This document shows, in pieces, positions 39,555-52,020 of a stretch of DNA of 64,000 nucleotides. Under the pieces are notes generated by a model, which was given only the letters and a program-made list of their open reading frames with translations, did not search any database and was not told the DNA's origin. Both the position numbers and the translations under genes were made by a program. This stretch comes from Callorhinchus milii (lineage: Eukaryota), in NCBI RefSeq assembly GCF_018977255.1, contig NW_024704744.1, positions 2,790,001 to 2,854,000 of the forward strand. Direction: 5' to 3'. Every line of letters begins with the position of its first letter. Position 1 is the first letter of the stretch.

Positions 39555-39960
39555 CAATAACAACAACAACAACAACAAGATTCCATTTATAGAGCGCCTT
39601 TCACGTCGGGAGGACGTCCCAAGGCGCTGTACAGTTGGGTCAGGACCCGAGCAGGGGGGAAATGGTCAGGGTGAGGGGAGGGAAGGGAGGGAACGAGGAG
39701 GGGGTAGAGAGTCGAGAGGGGAGCTGAAGGCTCGGTCAAAGAGAAAGGTCTTGAGACCGGCCTTGAAGGAGGAAAGGGAGGAGGCGGTGAAGGCACTGGG
39801 GGATGGAGTTCCAGAGCCTCGGGGCTGAGAGGCTGAAGGCCCGACCACCGATGGTAGGGCGGTTGGGGCGGGGGATGTGGAGCAGACCGGAGCCAGAGGA
39901 ACGGAGGGTACGGGCAGGTAGGTAGGGGGATAGTAGGTCAGAGAGGTAGGAGGGAGCAAG
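39555..39960 (-). mobile_element. Young L2 3' end, nearly identical to ~23240-23670
   Basis: ORF 39736..40011 repeats GLAPSYLSDLLSPYLPARTLRSSGSGLLHIPRPNRPTIGGRAFSLSAPRLWNSIPQ. Confidence 0.88.
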
Positions 39961-40446
39961 CCCAGAAACGTGAACGAAACATGGAAGGGGGTGGGGTTGC
40001 CTCAAGCACACAACTATCAGTGAAAGCCTGACTGACTGAGCAGGTTGACACTTACATTAGAATACATTAGAATATACAGCACAGAAACAGGCCATTCAGC
40101 CCAACTGGTCTATGCCGGTATTCATGCTCCACATGAGCCTCCTCTTGCCTTTCCTCAACTAAGCCTTCAAGCAGAACCTTCTATTCCTTTCTCCCTCATG
40201 TACCTATCCAGCTTCCCCTTAAATACATCTATACTATTCATCTCAACAACTCCTTGTGGTAGCACTTTCCACATTCCCACTACTCTCTCGGTGTGAAGGA
40301 ATTTCTTCTAACTTCGCTATTTGACACTTGGTCTAGCTAGTGCTTGAATGATGTCCTGATCAGGGAGATAAACACCAAGAGAAGCACATCAGCAGCATGC
40401 AGTCACCCCAAGACACACCGACAGACCCAACTGACCACACACTTAC

Positions 40447-40493
40447 CTGATTCTGGCGTTTAAAATATTCCTTTTGAGATTTCAAAACAGAGC
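40447..40493 (-). CDS. Cytoplasmic exon 1 (RSVLKSQKEYFKRQNQ)
   Basis: 47 nt, tttgcaacag| and CAG|gtaagt, phase 1 to 0, open in the required frame. Confidence 0.7.
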
Positions 40494-40893
40494 CTGTTGC
40501 AAAAGAAATCACAAAGTGTCACTCAGCATAGTTTATTACAATAATAATAATAGTAAATTTTATTTGATATCGTATTTTTCACATGAGGCAGGAGCCTCAA
40601 AACAAATCCTCGGATAGGAACATAGGGACAGGAGTAGGTCATTCAGCCCCTTTGAGCCTGTTCCGCCATTCTATTAGATCACGGCTGAAGGACTTTATAT
40701 GAATTAGTTTCATTAATTAAGTGACCTAATTTTATTCATTAATTAGAAGATGGTTGTGTTGGCCGTGATGGGAAGGAGTGGTGAAACATTAGTATAATCA
40801 CTCTGGGGTTGGCTCAATGGCCCACAATGGTCTGTTACAGAGCTGCTGGGATTGCTGGTGGTATATTTTGCCTGAATTGTAAGCAGTACTCAC

Positions 40894-41010
40894 GGGATCG
40901 TTTGTTTCCAAACCGCTTCCAAAACATGTAGAGAAGAGTGACTACCGCGATGATGCAGATCACCAGTATGAGAAACACAATGACCGAGCTGAGGCTATCA
41001 CTCCCGGGTT
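40894..41010 (-). CDS. Transmembrane exon of tri-VJ receptor (PGSDSLSSVIVFLILVICIIAVVTLLYMFWKRFGNKRS)
   Basis: 117 nt, phase 1-1, C|gtgagt donor. About 23 uncharged hydrophobic residues followed by a basic stop-transfer KR..KR. The acceptor is a weak gag after T10. Confidence 0.85.
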
Positions 41011-41762
41011 CTCATGTGAAAAAAAAAAGATAATAATAATGATAATAATAATAATCCTTGCATTTGATATAGCGCCTTATGTCATCGAGACATCTCAAAG
41101 CGCTTCACAGAATATATTGTAAAGCACTGCATTTGAGTGCCGGACGAGACTGCATTAGTTCAAAGTCCTGATGCGAGGCTGGAACCCACAACCTTCTGAT
41201 GCGGAGGCGAGAGCCAGGCTGGCCCTATTTTTGGCAATAATGTGAATGCTGGAGGTTAGGTCATGACAGGCATTCCTAAATTGATGCCGTTTTGTGTGAG
41301 TTTAACATTCCTGACATTGTATCTGCTGTAATAATAAGAACCCTTGCATTTGATGTATCGCCTTATCATGTCATTGAGACGTCTCGAAACTCTTCACTGG
41401 ATGTACTGTGGAAAGTAAGTGGAGTGACTGTGCATTTTGTAGGCAAACTGTGGCAGTCAATTGTGCACAGCAGTGTTCCACAAACAGTCATGTAGTGAGT
41501 GACTAATTTTATATGAGGGATTGTTGGCCAGGACACCGGGAGAGAGAAACTCCCTTCTCTTTTTGAACAGTGCCATGGGATCTTTAAAGTCCACCTGAAC
41601 AGGCAGGTGGGACCTTGGCTTAATGTCTCACCCGAAGGACAGAACCTCCGAAAATGCAGCACTCCCCCAGCGCTGCATTCCAGCGTCTTAGATGATGTGA
41701 TTCCAAGTCAAAATGTGGGGCTTGAACCCATAACTCTTCCCCCCCTTTCCTGATGTACTTAC

Positions 41763-42110
41763 TTGTTACATTCAGCTCGGTGCCATTCCCAAAGACATCT
41801 TCCCACACAGCACAGTAATAGACTCCAACATCACTGAACAGCACATTTAGGACTGACAGAGTGAAGGTGTTGTTGGAGGTGTCTCTGGAAGGCTGGAGAG
41901 CCAAGGCACAAGTCTGGCACCTCCGCACAGTGCCATTTACCATGTGTGTTAGCAACCACTCCTTCTGGTGTCCTCCTGGGCGTTGTCGGTACCAGTGTAC
42001 ATCAATGACATTCACACTGGCGTTGTGCACAGCGCAATATAACTGAGCCTTATGTCCCTCTCTGACATGTTCCTGTGCTGGAGACTGAATGAGGAGTGGA
42101 ATGTCCATAC
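41763..42110 (-). CDS. Ig V+J-type domain 3 (PLLIQSP...LYC...VHWYRQ...DVGVYYCAVWEDVFGNGTELNVT)
   Basis: 348 nt, tacag| and A|gtaagt, phase 1-1. DxGxYYC and FGxGTxL motifs. Confidence 0.92.
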
Positions 42111-42959
42111 CTGTAAGGGAAGATCAATACAAATGATTGACCCCATTATAGTCAGTAGTGTGAATTCTGACACAGGTTAGCTAATGACAGGTATTCCTGA
42201 ATTGATGCTCTTCTACGTGATATCGGGCAAAGGCAGTTAAATGGAGTTGGGGACGAGATCAGCCATGATCTATTCTTATAGATTGGTGGGACAGGCTTGA
42301 AGGGCTGAATAATAATAATAATAATAATAATCCTTGCATTTGATATAGCGCTTTTCACGTCAGGAGGACGTCCCAAAGCGCTTCACAGAACACACTGTAA
42401 AGTGAGTTGACTGTATATTTGTGGGCGAACGCGGCAGCCAATTGCGCACAGCAATGTCCCACAAACAGTCGTAGATTGAAAATGACCAATTTATTATTGT
42501 TTTTGGATTTTGGAGGGATTATTATTAGGCTCTGTGTGGAGTAAGGAAACTTGCCCAAGGTTTCGCCCTGTCTGGAATTGAACTCAGGTCTCTCGCTTGC
42601 AAAGCGAGTGCTCTACCCACTGAGCTACAGGACTCCACAGGAATGGCCTACTCCTGTTCCTATGTTCCATTGTTCCTATGTGAGTTTAGCTTTCCTGACA
42701 CTGTATCTGCTCTTATACGCTGACAAATCCCACGCCAACCCTTCTCCTTTCCTCCCTCTTCTCCAATCCCCCCTACACAATCCTGCATCACCCAGCCCCC
42801 TTCCCCCCTTCCTGATAATAATAATATTAATCCTTGCATTTGTCGTGGCTTATCACACCAGTCATGTCTCAAAGCATTTCAAGGGATATATTGTAAAGTG
42901 GTTTGGATGTATATTTTGTGCGACCGCCCCTGGAAAAATATCTCCCCACCACTCCCTCT

Positions 42960-45330
42960 CCACTGCCTTGGAGTTATCTGAACTCCTCCCCCTCTGGGCT
43001 TTCTCCCGCAATGACCTAGCCTCCTTGGTCACTCTTCTCCACAGCTCCCTCTCAATTCCCTTGCTGCCCACACTTCCTGAACTGTCTCCTACACATGAAA
43101 GTCACCACGGTCATCTCCATTCCCTTAAAGCACAGGTATGTGCTGCTGAATGAAACTGGCTTAAATTGAACTTAACGGTCCATCGGCAGATCTGGCTGGA
43201 CTTTATCTAATCTTACCGCTCTGCCTCGCCTCCGCTAAATCGTTGTTCTACTCCAAGACAATCTTGGAGGCCAAGGACAACCCCAGGCTCCTCTTCTCCA
43301 TCACAAACCGCCTCCTCCGCACACCCTCTCACACCTCGCCCATCCTCACCTTCGATGCCAACTGCGAGACGATGCTGGACTTCTTCGAATCCAAAGTCGA
43401 GGGGATCGGCTCAGCTGCTCTGCCGCTACATCTACTATCCTCCTCCCCATCTCCCCCTCACACCACGGCCCTACCCATCCCTCCCTCCACACCTTTGAAC
43501 CTGTCTCCCACTCCTCTGTTACCACCATTATAACCGCATGAAACTGACCACCTACTCTCTCGACCCCATCCCTACCCCTATCCTTACCTCCATTCTCCAC
43601 CTCCTTTCCCTTCTAATCACAAGCATCATCCTCTCCCTGTCCACTGGTACCATTCCCACCCCTTTAAGAACGGTCTTCATCACTCTTATTCTTAAAAAAA
43701 CCCTCCCTAAAAAACATTCCTGCTCTCAAACTATTGCCTCATCTCCAACCTCCCTTTCCTCTCCAAGGTTCCGGAATGAATTATTGCTTCCCAGCATTGC
43801 TCCTTCCTCTCCCGTTACTCCCTTCACGAACCCCTCCAATCGGGTCTCCGTGCCGCCCACAGCACAGAAACAGCCCTGGTCAAAGAGACAAATTACATTC
43901 TGTACATCTATGACCAGGGCTCCCTCTGCCTCCTGGTCCTCCTTGACCTCTCTGCAGCCTTTGACGACATTGATCACTATCCTCCTCCACCTCCTCTCCT
44001 CTCAACTCAACCTTCACGGCGGCTCTGTCATTGAATTATTCAGATCGTACCTCTCACCATCTTGTGTGGCATTCCTCAGGGCTCCGTCCTTGTTCCCCTC
44101 CTCTTCAATATCTGTATGCACCCTCTTGGTGACATCATCCGCAGACATATGGTCAACTTCCACATGTATGATAATAATAATAATAATCCTTGCATCTAAT
44201 ATAGCACTTTTCACATCTTCTGGACGTCTGAAAGCGCTTCACATAATATGCTGTAAAGTGAATTGACCGTAAATTTGTGGGTGAAATGCGGCAGCCAATT
44301 GCGCACAACAACGTCCCCAAAAACAGTCGTGGATTGAAAATGACCAATTTATTATTGTTTTTTGTTGTGGAAGGATTATTATTAGGCGTGTGGAGTAAGG
44401 AAACTTGCCCAGGGTTTTGCCCTGCCTGGAATTGAACCCAGGTGTCTCGCTTGCTAGGCGAGCGCTCTAACCACTGAGCTACAGGACTCCACATGCGGAT
44501 GACACCCAACTGTACCTCTCTGGCTCAACCATTGACTCCAGGACCACTGCTATCCTGACAGAATGTCTGTCAGACATCAAGTCCTGGATGAGTGCTAACT
44601 TTCTTCAGTTGAATGTCAACAAAACCGAGGCTCCTGATTGACGTAACAGCAGCAGCAGCACCTTCCATGGTTGCACACTCCACCTTGCTAAGCCAGTCTG
44701 AAATCTTGGCATCTTGTTTGACCCTCAACTATCTTTTCTATCCCACATCCATGCCATGACCCGCTCTGCCTTCCCCCACCTCCGCAACAATGCCAGACAC
44801 TGTCACTATCTCACACCGCAGGCCGCCGAAACCCTCATACATCGAGTCTCGACTGTGCAAACTCATTGCTTGTCGGCCTCCCCAACTCCTCCCTCCACAG
44901 GTTGCAGATTATCCAGAACTCTGCAGCCCATGTCCTCACCTGCACCAGGCTCCGCGACCCTATCACCCCCATCCTCACCCGACTCCACTGGCTTCCCATC
45001 ACACAGAGGATACAGTTCAAGATCCTGGTCCTCACCTTCAAAGCCCTCCATGGTCTTGCTCCCCCTACCACTGTGACCACCTAACCCCCTACCATCCTGC
45101 TAGCTCCCTCTGCTCATTGGGCTCCGGCCTGCTTCACATCCCCCGCCTCGCCCACCCCACCATTGGTAGCGGGCCTTCAGCCACTCTGCCTGCACCCTCT
45201 GGAACTCCATCCCACAGTTCCTCTGCCTCACCCCCTCTCCTGCCTCCGTCAAGACCCATCTCAAGACCATCCTCTGCGACTGTGCTTTCGATCATCCTAA
45301 TTCCTCCCCTGCCCTCCACCGTCCCTGGAG
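42960..45330 (+). mobile_element. Decayed L2 LINE RT region in the V2-V3 intron, interrupted by a SINE at 44171-44492
   Basis: Fragments of [25 protein letters not shown] and RLHWLPITQRIQFKIL with many frameshifts. Confidence 0.8.
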
Positions 45331-45602
45331 GGATGCATCCTGCGTTCCTAATTCCTGAACTTAGTAAGTGCAGGTTAGCAAGGGCCAAGGCTTGGGAACC
45401 CAGAGTGTGCATTGGGATAACTGCTGGAGTTTAACCAGATACAACCACAAAGCTTGACATCCATAGCACTGTCAGGCAAACTTTCCCACTGCTTGTCCAG
45501 CTAGGACTACCCTGAAGGCTTTGGCTTGCAGGGTTAATGGGAGCTGAGCGGGATGATTCCCTGCCCCCAGTTGTGCTGCAAAAGTGCCTCCGGCTCACTT
45601 AC

Positions 45603-45950
45603 TGCTGACAATCAGCTGAGTGCCTGTTCCGAAGATCTGCCCCCAGACGCCGCACGTGTAGTTGGCAGAGTCGTTGAGTTGCGCGTTGATGATCTCCAGG
45701 GAGAATCCGTTACTGGTGAGGTTTCGAGATGAATGGAATCGCTTCCTGAATCCTTCACTGCTCAGTACATTGCCTTCAACATCATGTGTCAGCACCCACA
45801 CTCGCCCTCTGCTCGGCTGTGTCTGGTACCATTGCACAGAGAAATTTGCCACGTGGGCGTTTTCCACAGCACACTGCAGGCTCAGGGATTTGCCCTCTCT
45901 GACATTTTCAATCTGCGGGGCTTGTAGAAGGGTCGGAACAACCAATTCAC
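45603..45950 (-). CDS. Ig V+J-type domain 2 (PTLLQAP...LQC...VQWYQT...DSANYTCGVWGQIFGTGTQLIVS)
   Basis: 348 nt, atcag| and A|gtaagt, phase 1-1. DxxxYxC and FGxGTxL motifs. Confidence 0.92.
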
Positions 45951-47190
45951 CTGATCGTGGGCACAAGAGGTCAACAACTTGCATTAATATAACACCCCTC
46001 ACGCAGAGTAGCATCCCACAGCGCTTGACAGTGGTGGAGCATAAGGCCAAGATGGGGGGGAGGTGACCGTAGATACAGCTGAAGAGGAAGGTCTTCAGGG
46101 TACAAGGCGGAGGGATTGAGGGGGAATGTTCCAGCGTCTCGGGTTGTAGTGGCTGAAAGTGCAGCCACTGATGGTGGAATGTGGGACAAGCAGGATGGAC
46201 CACAAAATGAATTTGGATGAAGAATACCCTTTATCCCATCCAAACGCAAGCCTCCAGAGCACCCACCTTATCATCACCTTAGTCTTGCGCTGTTTCCAAT
46301 GTCCTGGCCTCAACCACCCTGCCCAGTAACCCTGTTCCAATCGCTAATTACCCTCTGGGTAAAGAAATACTTCCTGGTGTCTGCCCTCAGATTGCCCTTT
46401 GTAACCCTGAGCCCTTGTGTTGTGCTAGCCTTTGGATAAACTGTATTATTGCAGGAAAAATTCCCCAATTTGATTTAGCGTTTGATAATAGTAATACTTG
46501 CATTTGATACAGTGCCTTATCACGTCTTCGAGAAGTCTCAAAGCGCTTTGCAAAATATACTGTAAAGTGAATCGACTGTATATTTTGTGGGTGAAATGCG
46601 GCAGCCAATTGAATTAAATGAATACATTTAATTTTTATAAATTTATTAAAAAATAAATGGAAGAGTGGCCAGGTCACCGGGATAGAAGCGGGCATCATTT
46701 TCTTGATTAGTGTGGGGGGGAATCACTTTGAGAAGCACAGATAGGGATAGTGGGGTGACAGTGGGGGAAGGGGTGAGGGAGGGGGTGGGGAAGGGTAAGT
46801 GGTGGGGAATGGGAGGCTTGGTTTAATATCTCACCACCACCAACAACAACAAATTATATTTACACAGCGCCTTTCACATCAGGAGGATGTCCCAAGGCGC
46901 TGGACAGTCGGGGATTTGCTGGGGGAACTGGGATCAGAAGGGGTGGAGGGCAGGGAGGGTAGGAGCGTGGCCAAAGGCACGGTCGATGCGGAAGCTGTTG
47001 AGATGTGCCTTGAAGGAGGCGAGGGAGGGAGCGCGGTGTAGGGACTGTGGGGTGGAGTTCCAAAAGATGGGGGCAGAGAGGCTGAAGGCCAGATCACTGA
47101 TGGTGGGGTGGGCTGGGCAGGAGATGTCGAGCAGGTCGGAGCCCGCTGAGCGGAGGGAGCAACCGTGTTGGTATGGTGGAGCTCACTCAC

Positions 47191-47526
47191 GTTTCACGAC
47201 AAGACGGCTTCCATTTCCCGAGATGAATCCCCACACATTGCAAATATAGACGGCAGAGCTGTCGGGCGATGCTTTATTGACGGTCAGAACAAAGCTGTTG
47301 CTGGCGATGTCTCTGGTAAACTGGCAGCACGGAGTGGAAACGTTACCCCCAGTCCAATGCGTCGTTATAAGCTTCTTGTGTTTTCCGGGCTGTTGCTTGA
47401 ACCAGTGTACGTCGACGTTGTTCACCAGGGCGTTTGTCATTGAGCATCGCAAGCTCACCTGCTGACCCTCTGTGACAACCTCCACCACAGGAGACTGCAC
47501 TAGGACGGGGTCTGCCTGTGCTCTGT
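47191..47526 (-). CDS. Ig V+J-type domain 1 (DPVLVQSP...LRC...VHWFKQ...AVYICNVWGFISGNGSRLVVK)
   Basis: 336 nt, tacag| and C|gtgagt, phase 1-1. Canonical B-strand Cys, C-strand Trp and F-strand YxC, with a degenerate J motif. Confidence 0.9.
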
Positions 47527-47719
47527 CTGTACATAAATTAGGTGAAAAATATAAATTGGCTGCAGTGCTAACCACTAACAAACATGTCGTAAAAATGTGA
47601 GGAGTTCTGTAATGTAGTGGTTAGAGCACTCGCCCCGCAAGCGAGAGGACCAGGGTTTGATTTCGGGTTGGGGCAACATGTTAGCCAAGTTTTCTTACTC
47701 CACACGCTTCTGTTTACCG

Positions 47720-48800
47720 AGCAGTAACAACAACAACAGCAAAATTACGTTTATAGAGCGGCTTTCACGTCGGGGGAACGTCCCAAGGCGCTGGACAGTC
47801 AGGGGTCAGGACCCGAGCATGGGGGAGGGGTGGGGAAGGGGTGAGGGAAGGCAGAGAAGGTGGGAGGGCGACCGAAGGCACGATCGAAGAGGAGGGTTTT
47901 GAGACCGGCCTTGAAGGAGGCGAGGGAGGAAGCGAGGCGAAGGGACCGTGGGATGGAGTTCCAGAGTGTGGGGGCAGAGAGGCTGAAAGCTCAGCCACCG
48001 ATGGTAGGGCGGGTTGGGCGGGAGACATGGAGCAGACCGGAGCCCGCTGAACGGAGGGAGCGGGCAGGTTGGTAGGGAGGCAGCAGGTCAGAGAGGTGGG
48101 GGGGGGGGGCAAGGCCATGGATGGACTTATAGGTGAGGACGAGGATCTTGAATTCGATCCTCTGGGGGATGGGGAGCCAGTGGAGTCGGGTGAGGGTGGG
48201 AGTGATGGGGTCACAGAGCCTGGTGTGCGAGAGTACACGAGCTGCAGAGTTTCTGGATGATCTGCAGCTTGTGAAGGGAAGAGTTGGGAAGGCCGATGAG
48301 GAGGGAATTTCCATAATCGAGCCCTGATGTGACGAATGTGTGGGTGAGGGTTTGGGCAGCCTGAGGGGTGAGGCAATGGCGGAGTCTGGCAATGTTGTGG
48401 AGGTGGTGGTAGGCAGTGCCGGTCATGGCGCAGATGTAGGGGAGAAAGGACAGTTCAGGCAAACAAGACACCCAGAGTCCTGACTGGCTTAGTGAGGTTG
48501 AATCGGCAGCGTGGAGGCCGATGCTGCCAGCGGCTGAGGTGCGGAGGCGCTGGCGCGAGTCAATCAGGAGGGCCTCGGTCTTGCTGACGTTGAGTTGGAG
48601 AGAGTTGGTGCTCGTCCAGGCATTGGTGTCCGACAGGCGGTCGGTCAGATCGCCAGTAGTCCTGGAGTTCAGGGTGGAGGCAGAGAGGTAGAGTTGGGTG
48701 TCATCCGCATACATGTGGAAATTTACCCCATGTCTGCAGATGATGTATGTAGTGGGTGAAGAGGAGGGGACTGAGGACAGAGCCCGAGGAACACCGCATG
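47720..48800 (-). mobile_element. L2 LINE fragment
   Basis: ORF 48211..48714 ([11 protein letters not shown]...LDYGNSLL) and ORF 47991..48392 (RLHWLPIPQRIEFKIL). Confidence 0.85.
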
Positions 48801-49282
48801 TAGAAACACAGCTGTTAATGGATTGGTGGATCGCTTCCTGGGGGTAATAATCCCTTCAAATCAATAAATAAGAATTTTATGACTCAATTGAGAACTATTT
48901 TAGGATATTGCTGTGCACAATTGGCAGTGTTTCACCCACAAAATATACAGTCAATCCACTTTGAACGCTTTGAGACAACATGATAAGGCACTGTATCAAA
49001 TGCAAGGATTATTATTATTATTATTATTATTATTATGTAAACTCAGGTTTCAAACAATCCAAACTCATAAAATAAAATAACAACAATATTAATAATATTG
49101 TTTGCATTTGATATAGCGCCTTTAATATTGGGAGGTTGTCACAATGAAGGGATCCAATTTTAGGTTTCCAGATCCCGGGATAATAATATTATAATAATAT
49201 AATAATCCTTACCCTTGAAATAGTGCCTTATCATGTCGTTGAGACGTCTCAAAGCTCTTCACAGAATATATTCTCCTTCCTT

Positions 49283-49313
<31 letters not shown>

Positions 49314-50641
49314 GTGTATTTGACATTCTTTCTCCCTCTCCCCTTAAATGGGCCAAAGACACTCGTTCAGTTTCTCTGTGAATGTACGGCCATCTCTCTG
49401 CCTCTGTATTTATCTCTTTCCTCTTCTGTTTGTGCCACTAACTCGCTTTCGTGTTATAACCCCCTATTTTCTCTCTCTCTATTATTATAATAATAATCCC
49501 TGCATTTGATATTGCGCCTTATCAGGTTGTTGAGACATCTCAAAGCGCTTCACAAAATATACTCTAAAGTGAATTGACTGTATATTTTGTGTGTGAAACA
49601 CGGCAACCAATTGCGCACAGCAGCGTCCCACAAACAGTCGTAGATTGATTGACCAAATTATTATTATTATTTTTTGAAGAGATTATTACCCCCAGAAAAG
49701 CAATCCGCTTATAAAATAACATTATAATATTATAAAGTAGTAATATAATATTGTTATTATAACAATAATTATCCCTGGATTTCGTGATTTTATTAAAAAT
49801 ATATAAAAAACAGGGATAAAGTCACTTTCGGTCCGTTGTTGCGTTGCCTGCTTTCCGATCTCTCTCTGTCTGCTCCCCCCAACCTCACTCCCCCTTCCAT
49901 ACGCGCACACAAACCTCCCAGTTGTTTCTTTCTGTTAGTATTATAATAATAATCCTTGCGCACAGCAGTGTCCCACAAACAGTCGTAGATTGAGTGACCA
50001 AATTATTATTATTATTATTATTTTCTGAAGGGTTTATTACCTCCAGAAAAGCGATCCGCCAATCGACTAACAACCAGTTTCTTACTTACTGGAGTAAGGA
50101 AACTTGCTTAAGGTTTCGTCCTGCCCGGGAATATCAGCACCTTTCATGTCGGCAGGCAGTATGCCATACAATACAGTATGCAATAAATCCTGTGAAGTGC
50201 TTTGGATTATCATCCTGACGTGAAAAGGCGCTGCATTAAATGTAATAATAATAATAATCCTTGTAATAATAATAATAATAATAATCCTTGCATTTGACAT
50301 AGCGCTTTTCACGTCGGGAGGACGTCCCAAAGCGCTTCACAGCATATACTGTAAAGTGAATTGACTGTATATTTGTGGGCGAACGCGGCAGCCAATTGCG
50401 CACAGCAATGTCCCACAAACAGTCGTGGATTGAAAATGACCAATTTATTATTGTTTTTGGTTTTGGAGGGATTATTATTAGGCTCTGTGTGGAGTAAGGA
50501 AACTTGCCCAAGGTTTGGCCCTCTGCCGGGGATTGAACTCAGGTCTCTCGCTTGCAAAGCGAGTGCTCTAACCACTGAGCGACAGGACTCCACTTAATGT
50601 AAAGATTATGATTAGTATTATTAATGTTATTATGGACTTAC

Positions 50642-50693
50642 CAAAGGTGAAGCAAGCGATCAGCATCAGAATGAAGAGAGCTGTAGCCACCAT
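50642..50693 (-). CDS. Leader exon of tri-VJ Ig receptor (MVATALFILMLIACFTF)
   Basis: ATG at 50693, hydrophobic 17-mer, G|gtaagt phase-1 donor. It splices in frame to V1 giving ...FTFDRAQA-DPVLVQSP. Found by hand. Confidence 0.8.
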
Positions 50694-50699
50694 TTCAAT

Positions 50700-50910
50700 C
50701 GATTTGTTTCCCAGCGGTGACAAACCTTAATTTTGCAAACACGCTACTGCTACACAGAGAGGCGTCCGGGGTGACGATCCACACGCACACGCACACGCAC
50801 ACGCACGCACATTAAATTGCTGGACTGTGATAGAACGCTCCTACCCCTCACCGGTCACCAAAACTACTTGCAATATCTCGCAAAGGAGACCACGAAGAAG
50901 GAAGTCACAC
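50700..50910 (-). promoter_or_regulatory. Probable promoter of the tri-VJ receptor
   Basis: Unique CpG-containing sequence immediately 5' of the leader ATG, with an AGGAAGT ETS/PU.1-type core at 50899-50905. Confidence 0.4.
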
Positions 50911-51244
50911 ACATGTTTGGCTGCGGAAAGGGCCCTGAGGTGTTGACTCTCCTCGACAGCAAGTTGACAGTGCAATAATTGCCAACAAAGCCCAATTCAC
51001 ATGAGAACATAAGAAACGCCGGGCGCAAAAATGGCCACGGTCCGTCGAGTTCTTGTTCCACTTGGCTGGGGTTCGCGTGCACGCACACCCCAACCAACCC
51101 ATGTGCTGTATCCCACAGCGCTATTACCCAAAAGAAAATACTTCCCGTTTCAACCATCTCCCGCGGGAGTCCTGTCCACAGGTTCACTGCTCCCGACTGA
51201 AATAGCGTTTGCATACATTTGTTCTGACGTTACGCCCTTCAATC

Positions 51245-52020
51245 CCACACACCACCACCACACACACACACACCACCACACACACACCACACACACACCA
51301 CCACACACACAACACCACACAAACACACGTACCACCACACCGACGCACCACCAACACACAGACACACAGCCGACACAGAAACACAACACCACCACACAAA
51401 CACACCCACACACACACACCACCACACACACACCACCACACACACACCACCACACACACAACACCACACAAACACACGTACCACCACACCGACGCACCAC
51501 CANNNNNNNNNNNNNNNNNNNNNNNNNNNNNNNNNNNNNNNNNNNNNNNNNNNNNNNNNNNNNNNNNNNNNNNNNNNNNNNNNNNNNNNNNNNNNNNNNN
51601 NNNNNNNNNNNNNNNNNNNNNNNNNNNNNNNNNNNNNNNNNNNNNNNNNNNNNNNNNNNNNNNNNNNNNNNNNNNNNNNNNNNNNNNNNNNNNNNNNNNN
51701 NNNNNNNNNNNNNNNNNNNNNNNNNNNNNNNNNNNNNNNNNNNNNNNNNNNNNNNNNNNNNNNNNNNNNNNNNNNNNNNNNNNNNNNNNNNNNNNNNNNN
51801 NNNNNNACACCACCCACGCACACACACACACACCACCACACACACACACACACCACCACCACACACACACCACCACACACACAACACCACACAAACACAC
51901 GCACCACCACACCGACGCACCACCAACACACAGACACACATGCCGACACAGAAACACAAACACCACCACACAAACACACGTGCCAACACACACACACACC
52001 ACCGCGCACACAAACACACA
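51245..52020. repeat. CA-rich low-complexity minisatellite containing an assembly gap (N 51503-51806)
   Basis: Repeated cacacacaccaccacacaaacacacg units on both sides of the gap. Confidence 0.9.

Noticed and set aside
41763-47526. V exons as rearranging TCR/Ig gene segments
   Set aside because: Each exon already contains the J-like strand and a splice donor. I saw no heptamer-spacer-nonamer after the YxC, and no constant-domain exon lies before the TM exon.
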